43,677 bases of DNA from a virus: positions 1 through 43,677 of the IMG/VR virus record IMGVR_UViG_3300045988_057586; one strand, 5' to 3'. The first letter of the stretch is position 1. Each line of letters opens with the position of its first letter. A program made the position numbers and the translations under genes. Below are positions 1 through 8,427 of the stretch, piece by piece. The notes under the pieces were generated by a model that saw only the letters and a list, made by a program, of their open reading frames with translations, did no database searches and was not told the origin of the DNA.

Positions 1-99
1 ATTTTTTTGTAACAGTGGTGGATGGCTGTGTATCACTCCGTAACAAAACGGTAGTGTGGGCAAAGGCGTGTCTGTATCTCATGTATCAGTGTTGTAACA
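1..99. repeat. Direct terminal repeat, left copy (identical to 43579..43677)
   Basis: First 99 nt equal last 99 nt exactly when compared by eye. Indicates a circularly closed assembly or terminal redundancy. Confidence 0.9.
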
Positions 100-278
100 T
101 ATCGTGCGATACACGAAAAAGCCAGGCACAGTCTGTGCTTTCTGGTATCTGTATCACTTGTATCATATAAATTCTCTGGAATTATAAAAATAATACAATA
201 GAGGACATAACGCCCGCGTAACGCGCATACACAGGCGCGTATAGGACGCAAGTGATACAGTGATACAGACTGTATGAT
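29..278. repeat. Non-coding iteron module A (paralogue of 15054..15327)
   Basis: About 9 copies of TGTATCA(C)/GTGATACA plus GTAACA motifs. Exact 38-bp core 144-181 equals 15194-15231, and 19-bp block 249-267 equals 15299-15317. Direct copies lie on the left, inverted copies on the right. Confidence 0.85.
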
Positions 279-283
279 GCCCC

Positions 284-670
284 TTATAGCGTTATAGTAT
301 CACTTTGCGCAACGGGGATACTTTCAAAGAACTTATTCGTCTTGGAACTGTACACATCCCAAAAGGCAAGGTAAGCAGTTGCACCGGAGGAACTGGTATA
401 TGTGATAACATAATACAGTTTTTCGGCACCCTTTGATGTTGTTATAGCATCTCCGTGGTACCTTGCCATAAAATTGCGTTCGCGTACCATGGTGTCTACA
501 GATTGTATCTGAGCAATCGGCAGATTGACAGTCTTGCCCTCGTTGTTGGAGAACACGAGCATATCACCGGAAATTTTTGCATTACAGGGGAAGTCCTGAC
601 GGAAACCGGGCAATCCCTCGTAGTGAGGGATGACTATACCGTCGGGTTTATTTTTGCGGGAAAAGAACAT
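284..670 (-). CDS. Hypothetical protein (cargo position at end of lysogeny operon)
   Basis: 128-aa ORF co-oriented with the ImmA/repressor genes and with non-repetitive composition. No motif recognised. Confidence 0.6.
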   Translation of the reverse strand: MFFSRKNKPDGIVIPHYEGLPGFRQDFPCNAKISGDMLVFSNNEGKTVNLPIAQIQSVDTMVRERNFMARYHGDAITTSKGAEKLYYVITYTSSSGATAYLAFWDVYSSKTNKFFESIPVAQSDTITL

Positions 671-696
671 AGTAAAATACTCCTTTTACTGAACTA

Positions 697-1131
697 TTAT
701 AAAGCTAAACTATTCATACGATATTCGGCCAGCTCGTATTTGACTCCAAGTATTTGAGCAACAGTGGCAACGGAATACTCGGCCAGATCGCGGAGGTCCT
801 CATCGGAGTAGAGAAGATCTATCGCAAATTGGTCGGCCTCTTTTTCGTAGCGGCTGGTGACCATCTGCGTACAGTTATCCATAAAGATGCGGTTAAGGCC
901 CTTATGCTGGAGCGCGTGTCCCAGCTCGTGGGCGCATACCCATTTCTGTTCCTGCTCTGGCATATCTGCTCTCAAGTAAATGATACGGCAGCGGCGTGCC
1001 TCTTGGTAGAATCCGCGGATTCCTTTAAGCGGAGTTTTGATGATGATAAAGCCCATAGCTTTGGCGATGCCAAAGGGGTCACGCGTACCATAGGTGCGAA
1101 CTAATTTTTCGGCAAGGGCTTTCTGGGTCAT
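697..1131 (-). CDS. ImmA/IrrE-family zinc metallopeptidase
   Basis: HELGHALQH (HEXXH) motif. Immediately downstream of, and co-transcribed with, an XRE repressor (ImmR-ImmA arrangement). Confidence 0.85.
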   Translation of the reverse strand: MTQKALAEKLVRTYGTRDPFGIAKAMGFIIIKTPLKGIRGFYQEARRCRIIYLRADMPEQEQKWVCAHELGHALQHKGLNRIFMDNCTQMVTSRYEKEADQFAIDLLYSDEDLRDLAEYSVATVAQILGVKYELAEYRMNSLAL

Positions 1132-1134
1132 GCG

Positions 1135-1608
1135 TTATTCCTTTCTGTATTTATACGGAGTAAATCTTGCTTTGTTTTTAGCTTTGGCAGCTTCTAAGCC
1201 TAAACGCATGGCGGATACAATACTTTCGCGGGCTTCCTGTGTCATCGGATCACCGTCAAACATCATATCGCCGCCAGCTTCAAGATCGGCCATGATGGAT
1301 TCCAGATCGTGGGCTATATCACGCTCGTCCTTTTTCGTAAGGACGGGCTTTTTTTCGTTTTCATGCTCATCCATACCGTCTATATAGCCTGCGTTATAGG
1401 CATCAAAAGCTGGTCGGGTAGCCGAATCAATGAGAACGGCAGGATCCACACCAAGGCCGTTGGCCAGGCGGTAAATGGTGTTGATGGAAGGCGTGCCGCC
1501 TTTCTTCCATGAGGTGACGCTGGAGGTGCTCATACCGAGCGATTTAAGCAATGCGGTAGGGCTGGTGCCCTTTTTGAAACAAGCCTCTTTCAGATTATCA
1601 AAAAACAT
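1135..1608 (-). CDS. XRE-family HTH repressor (CI/ImmR-like)
   Basis: N-terminal HTH (TALLKSLGMSTSSVTSWKKGGTPSINTIYRLANGLGV). Divergent from a Cro-like gene. Confidence 0.85.
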   Translation of the reverse strand: MFFDNLKEACFKKGTSPTALLKSLGMSTSSVTSWKKGGTPSINTIYRLANGLGVDPAVLIDSATRPAFDAYNAGYIDGMDEHENEKKPVLTKKDERDIAHDLESIMADLEAGGDMMFDGDPMTQEARESIVSAMRLGLEAAKAKNKARFTPYKYRKE

Positions 1609-1829
1609 AATTTTAGTCCCCTCTAAAAATAAATTCTAAAAAACGAATTTTGGGACTTGACAAATTCGATATACCGAGTTATCCTATGTTCAGAAACTTC
1701 GATTTAGCGAATTGCAAAAGTCCCCCGACAGAGTTGGAAGTTCGTAGTGTCGAAAATATATTCGGTTAAATTCTATAAATAGAATATATCACGGCGCTAC
1801 TATTTAGTCAAGAGGGAGGTGTATGTTTT
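1609..1829. promoter_or_regulatory. Divergent early promoter/operator region (lysis-lysogeny switch)
   Basis: AT-rich. TTGACA at 1657-1662, then 17 nt, then TATCCT at 1680-1685 on the + strand. CGAA/TTCG palindromes at 1644-1668, 1698-1711 and 1751-1764. Confidence 0.5.
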
Positions 1830-2051
1830 TTGGAAAAGACAGCAGCTTTTTATCGTCGCTTTCAGCAGCTCTGCGATAAAAACGGCAGAAGTCCGACGGA
1901 CGTTGTCACCGCTGCCGGATTGAGCAGTTGCCTGGTAACGGCTTGGAAGCGGGGCGCAAGCCCCAAGCTCGACACTATTGCTCGTATGGCGAAAGAGTTA
2001 AACGTGTCCGTCACGGAGCTCATGGAAGATAATACCGAAGAAAGAGGGTGA
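1830..2051 (+). CDS. XRE-family HTH protein, Cro-like early regulator
   Basis: TTG start 8 nt after GAGGGAGGTG. HTH sequence VVTAAGLSSCLVTAWKRGASPKLDTIARMAKELNV. Confidence 0.8.
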   Translation: MEKTAAFYRRFQQLCDKNGRSPTDVVTAAGLSSCLVTAWKRGASPKLDTIARMAKELNVSVTELMEDNTEERG

Positions 2052-2341
2052 AACCAATGAAAACGCTTACTCCGAAGGAAGCCACCGATCTGGCTTACAA
2101 CACGACCGGCGCTCTTATGCTTTTCCACGCAAGAGAGATTTTCGATCACTGCTTTGCGGCTCGCCTCGGTACCGGCGTAGGCCGTGACCCGACATGGGCG
2201 CGGTATTGCGCTGCAGCTGCCTGCTACAACGCTGGTCGCGTTGACGGCATTCGCGCCGAGCGGGAGCGCCGCAAGAAAGGCAAGCGCAAGAACAAAGAGG
2301 GAGGTGTCAGGAATGGCGGTACCCACCATCATTGCGACTAA
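2048..2341 (+). CDS. Hypothetical protein
   Basis: 97-aa ORF overlapping the previous stop, with a basic C-terminal tail. The start is uncertain (GTG 2048 or ATG 2057). Confidence 0.5.
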   Translation: MKPMKTLTPKEATDLAYNTTGALMLFHAREIFDHCFAARLGTGVGRDPTWARYCAAAACYNAGRVDGIRAERERRKKGKRKNKEGGVRNGGTHHHCD

Positions 2342-2582
2342 GCTGGCAGAGCTTGAACAGCTTTGCGAGAAGTACCCGACAAAGATTCCCATTGAGGAGT
2401 GCGCGGCTTTCCTGGGTATGGCCGGTGAAAGCCTGAGAGCGTGCCTGGAACATGGTTCGTGTCCGTTCGGACTGGGCTGGCTCAAGAAAAATGCCCACAA
2501 CCGCGCATTTTACATTCCCACATTGACATTTTATCTGTGGGTCACGCAAGCCGCTGGATTCAGAGAGGAGGTCAGGGCATGA
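2313..2582 (+). CDS. Hypothetical protein, possible small DNA-binding protein
   Basis: ATG 2313 is preceded by AGAGGGAGGTG. The upstream part of the 2184 ORF overlaps the previous gene and looks non-coding. Confidence 0.55.
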   Translation: MAVPTIIATKLAELEQLCEKYPTKIPIEECAAFLGMAGESLRACLEHGSCPFGLGWLKKNAHNRAFYIPTLTFYLWVTQAAGFREEVRA

Positions 2583-2743
2583 GCCGTATTCACGCAATCA
2601 CCGCCGGTCTGAGTTTTCTGGGCTTACTGTCTGCCACAGGTTACGCCGAACTCGACAAGCTGTCGATGGGAGCCTACACGGTACTCGCGTTGTTCCTGCT
2701 GGCGGTATTCGCTGTCTGTGCGTACAGAGCGGCGCGGGAATGA
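2579..2743 (+). CDS. Small membrane protein (about 54 aa, two hydrophobic segments)
   Basis: ATG overlaps the previous stop (ATGA). Hydrophobic stretches LSFLGLLSATGY and VLALFLLAVFAVCAY. Confidence 0.5.
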   Translation: MSRIHAITAGLSFLGLLSATGYAELDKLSMGAYTVLALFLLAVFAVCAYRAARE

Positions 2744-2832
2744 AAAAGGCCGCCTCGGAACGGCAATTCCGAATAGCGGCCTATGAAAAAATAATTTCAA
2801 CTACATAATAGCATATAGCAAGGAGAAAAACA

Positions 2833-3279
2833 ATGCCGAAATATCCAATCAATGTTACGCCGTTCATTAAGGCCATCGAGGAAGAAAACGGCAGTCCGCT
2901 GGACAAGATCAACCGCGAACTGTGGAGCCTTATCGTAAAGCTCCAGAATCAGGCATACGATGCGGGCCTGAAGGACGGCTTTATGAAGCAGTGCGAGAGC
3001 ATTGTGGGGCCGACTGCACCTGCCGTAAAGGCGGTAAAGCTCATCGACCCCAAGCTGGACAAGCAGCTGACGGAGGCGCTTAAGTCGCTTCGTGAGGGCC
3101 TGGACGAAGAGTTCCAGGAGGAGGGCTTCAATTCTGTTGTGAAAGCGCTAGGCGTTCTGCCGCAGGATATGCCCTGGGGCGAGCGTATTTACGCGATTGC
3201 CCGCGAATCTTTTTTTCAGGGCGGCCTTTATACCGCTCTGGCCGATGACGAGGAGGAAGAGAACCATGATCGAGATTAA
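2833..3279 (+). CDS. Hypothetical protein
   Basis: 148-aa ORF with AAGGAGAAAAACA upstream of the ATG and an acidic C-terminus. Confidence 0.7.
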   Translation: MPKYPINVTPFIKAIEEENGSPLDKINRELWSLIVKLQNQAYDAGLKDGFMKQCESIVGPTAPAVKAVKLIDPKLDKQLTEALKSLREGLDEEFQEEGFNSVVKALGVLPQDMPWGERIYAIARESFFQGGLYTALADDEEEENHDRD

Positions 3280-3715
3280 GATTGCCGGTAATACGGCTGC
3301 AGAAGCACTGGCTGATCTGACCAAGCTGGCCGATCTGGTCCGCTCTGGCATGATGCAACCGGTAGGACAGCAAAAGCCGGAACCGGTGTCCAATTCGGAC
3401 ACGTCGGACAAGACCGTACCCGCGCCGTCTTCGAAAGCAGAGAAGAGCGTGGGCGTACCGGAACAGGCTGCTGAACCGGTCGCAGAGGATAGCGCCCAGG
3501 AGCAGCAGGCCGACAGTTCCGCCGACACCGCAGAACCCGCTCGTACTTACACGCGCGAGGAAGTGCGTGCCGAAACCGTAGCCACGGCCAAGAAGCACGG
3601 CAAGCAGGCGGTACGCGATCTGCTCGAGAGCCTTGGCGCCCAGGGCGTGAGCACGCTGCCGCCGGAAAAGTACCCCGAGTTCATGCAGAAGCTGGGTGAG
3701 ATCAATGCCGAGTAA
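3266..3715 (+). CDS. Hypothetical protein (acidic, low-complexity centre)
   Basis: ATG 3266 follows AGGAGGAAGA. The long upstream extension of ORF 3197 overlaps the previous gene. Confidence 0.65.
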   Translation: MIEIKIAGNTAAEALADLTKLADLVRSGMMQPVGQQKPEPVSNSDTSDKTVPAPSSKAEKSVGVPEQAAEPVAEDSAQEQQADSSADTAEPARTYTREEVRAETVATAKKHGKQAVRDLLESLGAQGVSTLPPEKYPEFMQKLGEINAE

Positions 3716-4874
3716 GCACGCATTACTGGGACCGTCCAGCGCGTTCCGTTGGAGCCGCTGCACGAAAAGCGCCCGCTTGGAGGAGGGCCTGCCGGATACC
3801 GGCAGTGCCTATGCCACCGAGGGTACGCTGGCTCACCGGCTGGGTGAGCTGCTCCTGCGAGCTGAATACGAGGGCGCCGGTCTGACTGAACTGGCCGAAG
3901 TGCAGGCAGATTCGCAGTATTCTCGCGCTATGCAGGAGCACATGGAAGGCTATGCCGCCTTTGTCGGTGAGCGCATGGCCGAGGCACATACACGCTGCAA
4001 GGATCCGCTGATTTTCATCGAGCAGCGCATTGATGTGACCGAATATGTGCCGGAGGGCTTTGGTACGGCCGACTGCGTTATCATTGCAGACGGCATGATG
4101 GACGTAATTGATCTGAAATACGGGGCCGGGCACGCTGTTAGCGCCGAGGGCAATCCACAGATGCAGATCTATGCGCTAGGTTGCTTGCTGGCATTTGACC
4201 TGTTCTATGATATTCAGTCTATCCGCATGACTATCTATCAGCCGCGTTTAGACAGCATTTCCACCTCGATTATCGAGCGGGACAGCCTGCTGGACTGGGC
4301 GGAGAACGTGCTGAAACCGCGTGCGGAAATGGCCTATGCCGGTGAGGGCGAGTTCGCGCCCAGCGAGGAAACCTGCCGCTGGTGTAAGGCTGGAGCAATC
4401 TGCAAGGCTCGCGCCGAGTACCAACTGGAGATTGCTGCGAAGGAGTTTCAGGACGCCGCGACGATGGATAACACGGAGATCTCCGAGGTACTGGAACGCC
4501 TGCCGGGTCTGCTTTCGTGGGCGAAGCAGGTTAAGGACTACGCTGAAAAGGCAGCAGTCAACCAGGGCGAGAAGTTTCCCGGCTTCAAGGTAGTCGAGGG
4601 ACGTGCTAACCGGCGCTACGTTAACGAAGCTGCTATTGCCCGCAGGCTGAAAAAGGCGGGTTTTACAACCGCCGACATCTACAAGCCCAAGGAACTGCTC
4701 GGCATTACTGCCATGGAGAAGCTGGTGGGCGCCAAGAAGCTGGCGGAACTGGTCGGCGGTCTGATCGAGAAGCCGGCAGGCTCTCCGACACTGGTGCCGG
4801 AAACGGATAAGCGCCCAGAGCTGAATACTGCCGCCAAGGCCGCTGAGGACTTTGCGGACGAGGTGCAGCCATGA
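3705..4874 (+). CDS. PD-(D/E)XK nuclease, DUF2800/Cas4-like
   Basis: Motif D..DVIDLKYG plus a C-terminal Cys cluster (CRWCKAGAICKARA). Typical partner of DUF2815 and PolA in phage replication modules. Confidence 0.85.
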   Translation: MPSKHALLGPSSAFRWSRCTKSARLEEGLPDTGSAYATEGTLAHRLGELLLRAEYEGAGLTELAEVQADSQYSRAMQEHMEGYAAFVGERMAEAHTRCKDPLIFIEQRIDVTEYVPEGFGTADCVIIADGMMDVIDLKYGAGHAVSAEGNPQMQIYALGCLLAFDLFYDIQSIRMTIYQPRLDSISTSIIERDSLLDWAENVLKPRAEMAYAGEGEFAPSEETCRWCKAGAICKARAEYQLEIAAKEFQDAATMDNTEISEVLERLPGLLSWAKQVKDYAEKAAVNQGEKFPGFKVVEGRANRRYVNEAAIARRLKKAGFTTADIYKPKELLGITAMEKLVGAKKLAELVGGLIEKPAGSPTLVPETDKRPELNTAAKAAEDFADEVQP

Positions 4875-5170
4875 ACAAGATCTTTCATATCGTGAACGGA
4901 TCGTTCCATGCGAACCTTGATCCGGAGCATATGCACGAGATGCTGCTGTCAAACTGGCGTAAGATGGTTAGGTTGGCAGTCGCAGACTGGCGTAATGAGG
5001 ATACTCTGCGGGAGCTGAATGAGTGGTTTACGCAGAGAGCCCAAAGCGCCCAGCAGGAGTGGAAAATCGCTTCACAGGTATATGTGAACGGCTGGAAAGA
5101 TCCGAAAAACCATGGCCGTGAGGCAAGGCGGCGAAAACCGCCGCCTTGCCAAAGCGGTAAAGGCCGCTAA
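4871..5170 (+). CDS. Hypothetical protein
   Basis: 99-aa ORF with start overlapping the previous stop. The C-terminal approx 20 codons look non-protein-like (see finding at 5112). Confidence 0.55.
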   Translation: MNKIFHIVNGSFHANLDPEHMHEMLLSNWRKMVRLAVADWRNEDTLRELNEWFTQRAQSAQQEWKIASQVYVNGWKDPKNHGREARRRKPPPCQSGKGR

Positions 5171-5294
5171 GCGGTATTATGAGCGCTTGTGCAAGATGCA
5201 GGCAATTCTCACGGAAGCACAGAAACCGTGAGTTACAACCAAAGTTACATTACAAAACCATTCATACTAATTTAGAATTACGGAGGAATTTACT

Positions 5295-5855
5295 ATGTCT
5301 ACTAACCAGCCGACCAAGGTTATCACCGGCAAGTGCCGCCTGTCTTACTCTCATGTATGGGATGCTGTCAGCATTGACGGCAACTCTGATCCGAAGTTTG
5401 GCGCGTGCATCATTATCCCCAAGAACGACAAGGTGACCATCAAGAAGGTCAACGCCGCTATCCAGGCCGCCATCATGGAGGGTGTCAAGTCTAAGTGGAA
5501 GGGTAAGAAGCCGGTCAATCTCAAGCTGCCGCTGCGTGACGGTGACGAGGAGCGCCCGGACGATGAGGCTTTCGCGGGCTGCTACTTCCTGAACGCCAAC
5601 AGCAAGACCCGTCCGGGTATCATCGACCTGGCAAAGCACGAGATCATGGACACCTCGGAGGTTTACAGCGGCTGCTTCTGCCGTTTCTCCATCAACTTCT
5701 ATCCGTTCTCGACTTCGGGCAACAACGGTGTAGCCGCTGGCCTGAATAACATTCAGAAGGTTGCAGACGGTACGCCGCTGGGCGGCCGCAGCCGCGCTGA
5801 GGACGACTTCGACGACGATTACGAGGGTGACGAGGATTTCGGCGATCTCGAGTAA
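5295..5855 (+). CDS. DUF2815-family phage ssDNA-binding protein
   Basis: N-terminus VITGKCRLSYSHVW and an acidic tail DDFDDDYEGDEDFGDLE, typical of T7 gp2.5-like SSBs. Confidence 0.85.
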   Translation: MSTNQPTKVITGKCRLSYSHVWDAVSIDGNSDPKFGACIIIPKNDKVTIKKVNAAIQAAIMEGVKSKWKGKKPVNLKLPLRDGDEERPDDEAFAGCYFLNANSKTRPGIIDLAKHEIMDTSEVYSGCFCRFSINFYPFSTSGNNGVAAGLNNIQKVADGTPLGGRSRAEDDFDDDYEGDEDFGDLE

Positions 5856-5866
5856 GCAATTAACCG

Positions 5867-5903
5867 AACCCCGCTGCTGCAAAGGCGGCGGGGTTCTTAT
5901 CAT
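5867..5903 (+). terminator. Intrinsic terminator after the SSB gene
   Basis: GAACCCCGCTGC / GCGGCGGGGTTC hairpin followed by a T-rich tract. Confidence 0.6.
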
Positions 5904-5953
5904 TATAATTCGTTTGAGCTGTTTTAAGCTCTGGCTTGAGAGGAGAATAAGCG

Positions 5954-7144
5954 ATGGAAGCAGTTCGCAAGCGTAAATCTCCGCCGCTCGGCAAGCGCAC
6001 CTGGACACCGGAGGACGAAAACTATCTGGCAGAGAAGTGGGGCTATGCATCAGTGCCCGCCATCGCAAAGAAGCTGAACCGCACGGAAAACGCGGTCATT
6101 GTCCGGGCACGGCGGCTCGGCTTGGGAGCTGTGCTGATGGCAGGTGGGTACGTCACGCTGAACCAGCTGCTCGCCACAGTGACGGGAAGGGGACGCGGCA
6201 ACACCTACCAGCGCAAAAGCTGGGTGGAAAATCGCGGTCTGCCGGTGCACAGGAAGAAGGTCCAACGGTGCAGCTTTTCTGTGGTCTATTTGGAGGAGTT
6301 CTGGGAGTGGGCGGAGCGTAATCGCAGTTTCCTCGACTTCTCGAAAATGGAGCCGCTGGCGCTCGGCTGGGAACCGGCATGGGTCGCAGAGCAGCGCAAA
6401 AAGGATTACCGCGCCTGCGCTCTCCAACGCAAAGACCCGTGGACGGCAGCCGAGGACAGCCGCTTGAAAATGCTGCTCAGTCAGCACAGATATACATGGG
6501 CAGAACTGTCGGAGATGCTGCACCGCACGACCGGCGCGATCCAGCACCGGTGCCGTGACCTCGGCATTAAGGATCGCCCAGTCAAGGCAGACAATCACGG
6601 TAAAAGCGCGGTGTGGAACGAGCGCGACTATGCAGTTCTGGCGGACGGTATCCGCCACGGTGACAGCTACATGGCGATCGGACAGGCGCTCGGCAAGTCG
6701 GAAAAGGCCGTGCGCGGTAAGGTCTATACGGTATATCTCACCGAAAGCGCAGATAAGGTGCGCGAATACATGGGCAACGGTCCGTGGGGAACAGGTGCGC
6801 CGGAGCCGAAAGTCAAGCAGGCGGTGCACTTGTCCACTACAAGGACGGAGGTGCGAAAGCAGCTGTCATATCTGGCAGGGCTACTGCGGAAACGGGCGAA
6901 TGACCTGGGCTACGATCCGTATTGGCAGCGTTTTATGTGTCAGCACTGGGACGACTTCGGCGGCTGCTCTGCCGGCTGCGCGAATTGTGATGACTGCACA
7001 GAATTTCGGCGTATCCGTCCGCAGTATTGCGCTCGGTGCGGCGGCACGTTCTACGAGAGGAAGGAGAACCGTTTCTGCGGCGCCTGCCGAACGGCACGGA
7101 AGAAGAAAGCACAGCGGCATTGGTGCCGCGTCAATCATAGCTGA
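5954..7144 (+). CDS. DNA-binding protein with three SANT/Myb-like repeats and a Cys-rich C-terminus
   Basis: Three W..E(D/E)..L...-type repeats (TWTPEDENYL, PWTAAEDSRL, VWNERDYAVL). C-terminal CxxC clusters (CANCDDC, CARCGG, CGAC). Confidence 0.7.
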   Translation: MEAVRKRKSPPLGKRTWTPEDENYLAEKWGYASVPAIAKKLNRTENAVIVRARRLGLGAVLMAGGYVTLNQLLATVTGRGRGNTYQRKSWVENRGLPVHRKKVQRCSFSVVYLEEFWEWAERNRSFLDFSKMEPLALGWEPAWVAEQRKKDYRACALQRKDPWTAAEDSRLKMLLSQHRYTWAELSEMLHRTTGAIQHRCRDLGIKDRPVKADNHGKSAVWNERDYAVLADGIRHGDSYMAIGQALGKSEKAVRGKVYTVYLTESADKVREYMGNGPWGTGAPEPKVKQAVHLSTTRTEVRKQLSYLAGLLRKRANDLGYDPYWQRFMCQHWDDFGGCSAGCANCDDCTEFRRIRPQYCARCGGTFYERKENRFCGACRTARKKKAQRHWCRVNHS

Positions 7145-7163
7145 ACAGGAGAGGAGAACAACC

Positions 7164-7373
7164 ATGGCAAAATGTAAATTCTGCGGACAAGGCGTGCGGA
7201 CAGCACCCGTGTTCCATCCGGCCTGCTGGGAGCAGGCGGCGAACAAACTTGCAAGCGAGTTCTGTGATGAGTATTGCAAGTTCCCGTTTGAGATGGACTA
7301 TGAGGCGTTGGTAGACAAATGCGAGCAGTGCCCGATGGTACGGCTGAAAGAGTTGGGAGGTAAAAACGTATGA
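7164..7373 (+). CDS. Small Cys-rich hypothetical protein
   Basis: ATG 7164 follows GGAGAGGAGAA. Contains CKFCGQ...C..., C..YC and CEQC motifs. The rest of ORF 6555 is an out-of-frame overlap. Confidence 0.6.
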   Translation: MAKCKFCGQGVRTAPVFHPACWEQAANKLASEFCDEYCKFPFEMDYEALVDKCEQCPMVRLKELGGKNV

Positions 7374-7702
7374 TGCTGGAACTGACAGGTAAGGACATTC
7401 TTGCCCTGACCAACGAGAGCAAGCGCAAGGCCGTTCTGGCCGACTGGCAGAACTGGGGCATCTGGCACAAGGCACCTGAGATCGGACTGTTTGTGTATCG
7501 GCTCGATCTGCCGGACGGCAGCTTTTTCACCGCCAGCTGGTATGCCGGTGACGACTTCTTTCCGGGCGGCGGTACGCATAACGTCAACTGTCCGCGTTAC
7601 AACTTTGGCGGCGCTGACGGCAAACTCAAGGCAGGTAGCGTCGCGGAAAGTGTGCTGACGGACAAACTCAAAGAGCTGCGGAAGGAGCTGCTGGCAAAAT
7701 GA
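7370..7702 (+). CDS. Hypothetical protein
   Basis: 110-aa ORF, overlapping the neighbouring genes at both ends. Confidence 0.65.
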   Translation: MMLELTGKDILALTNESKRKAVLADWQNWGIWHKAPEIGLFVYRLDLPDGSFFTASWYAGDDFFPGGGTHNVNCPRYNFGGADGKLKAGSVAESVLTDKLKELRKELLAK

Positions 7703-8427
7703 AAGCACCTGCTTTTCAAACCGAGGCACAGAAAACTTTCTGCCAGACGTTCCAAAAGCTATGCAGCCATACAAGTGCATGGCAGGTGTGGAGCGACTTT
7801 GTACAGCTGACTGCGATTGCGTTGTCAAACCGCTGTGATATGCAGGCAAAGCGCGAAAAGCAGTATAACGAGATCATGCAGCAGTACGACAGAGCGGAAC
7901 AGAGCGTTTTCGCAGAACTGTTTGCGCAAATGGTGACGGCACTGGAAGAGCAGCCGGAACAGGATTTCCTTGGTGATATGTTTATGCGGCTGGAACTTGG
8001 CAGTCATTGGCATGGTCAGTTTTTCACTCCGTACAGTGTGTGCAGGCTGCTGTCGTCGGTAACGATCCGAAGTGCTGTCGAACAGGTAGCAGAACACGGA
8101 TACTGTAAGGTGAACGACTGTGCGTGCGGTGCGGGTGCAACGCTGATCGCGGCGCGAAACAGTCTGAAACACACGGGCATCGGAACGGATCAGGCGTTGT
8201 TCGTAGGGCAGGACGTAGACCGCACGGCGGCGCTGATGTGTTACATTCAACTCAGTCTGCTTGGCTGTGCCGGTTATGTGGTGATTGCGGATACACTGTC
8301 AAACCCGGCAGTGGGAAAAATCATTCCGCGCCGGAAAGCAGGGCAGGACATCTGGTTCATGCCGGGATTGTATTTGTCAGATGCCTGGTGTGAACGGATA
8401 CGATGGGAGATGATGATGTGCAACTGA
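7699..8427 (+). CDS. N6-adenine DNA methylase-like protein lacking the catalytic NPPF/Y motif
   Basis: Contains GQFFTP (motif X), NDCACGAGATL (motif I) and IADTL. The ORF ends before any NPP[FYW] motif. Confidence 0.6.
   Translation: MKAPAFQTEAQKTFCQTFQKLCSHTSAWQVWSDFVQLTAIALSNRCDMQAKREKQYNEIMQQYDRAEQSVFAELFAQMVTALEEQPEQDFLGDMFMRLELGSHWHGQFFTPYSVCRLLSSVTIRSAVEQVAEHGYCKVNDCACGAGATLIAARNSLKHTGIGTDQALFVGQDVDRTAALMCYIQLSLLGCAGYVVIADTLSNPAVGKIIPRRKAGQDIWFMPGLYLSDAWCERIRWEMMMCN

Noticed and set aside
1-99. The terminal repeat read as attL/attR of an integrated prophage
   Set aside because: No host-like genes flank it. The repeat sits exactly at both contig ends with a k-mer-like length. The genome is a closed set of phage modules, with int and a better attP candidate located internally.
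33-251. 72-aa minus ORF and its look-alike at 15110..15301, which share PENLYDTSDTDT.KHR.CL
   Set aside because: The shared peptide is simply the translation of the exact 38-bp DNA core of the iteron modules. Similarity elsewhere is broken by indels, there is no RBS, and the regions are dense in short DNA repeats and hairpins.
29-278. A CRISPR array or satellite repeat
   Set aside because: The repeats are 7-8 bp, irregularly spaced and in both orientations. There are no 25-40 bp repeat/spacer periodicity and no cas genes.
5122-5150. The 12-bp GC hairpin as an intrinsic terminator or a -1 frameshift stimulator
   Set aside because: No U-run follows it on either strand. The alternative ORF is in the +1 frame, not the -1 frame, so a classical -1 PRF does not fit.
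6555-7163. Upstream 200 codons of the 272-aa + ORF 6555..7373
   Set aside because: This part is out of frame with, and fully inside, the Myb-like gene, and it is Arg/Ser/Ala-rich. Only the last 69 codons, from ATG 7164 with an RBS, look genuine. The same reasoning was applied to the upstream extensions of ORFs 2184, 2441, 3197, 9400, 9702, 24323, 39887, 40557, 41173 and the 435-aa version of int.
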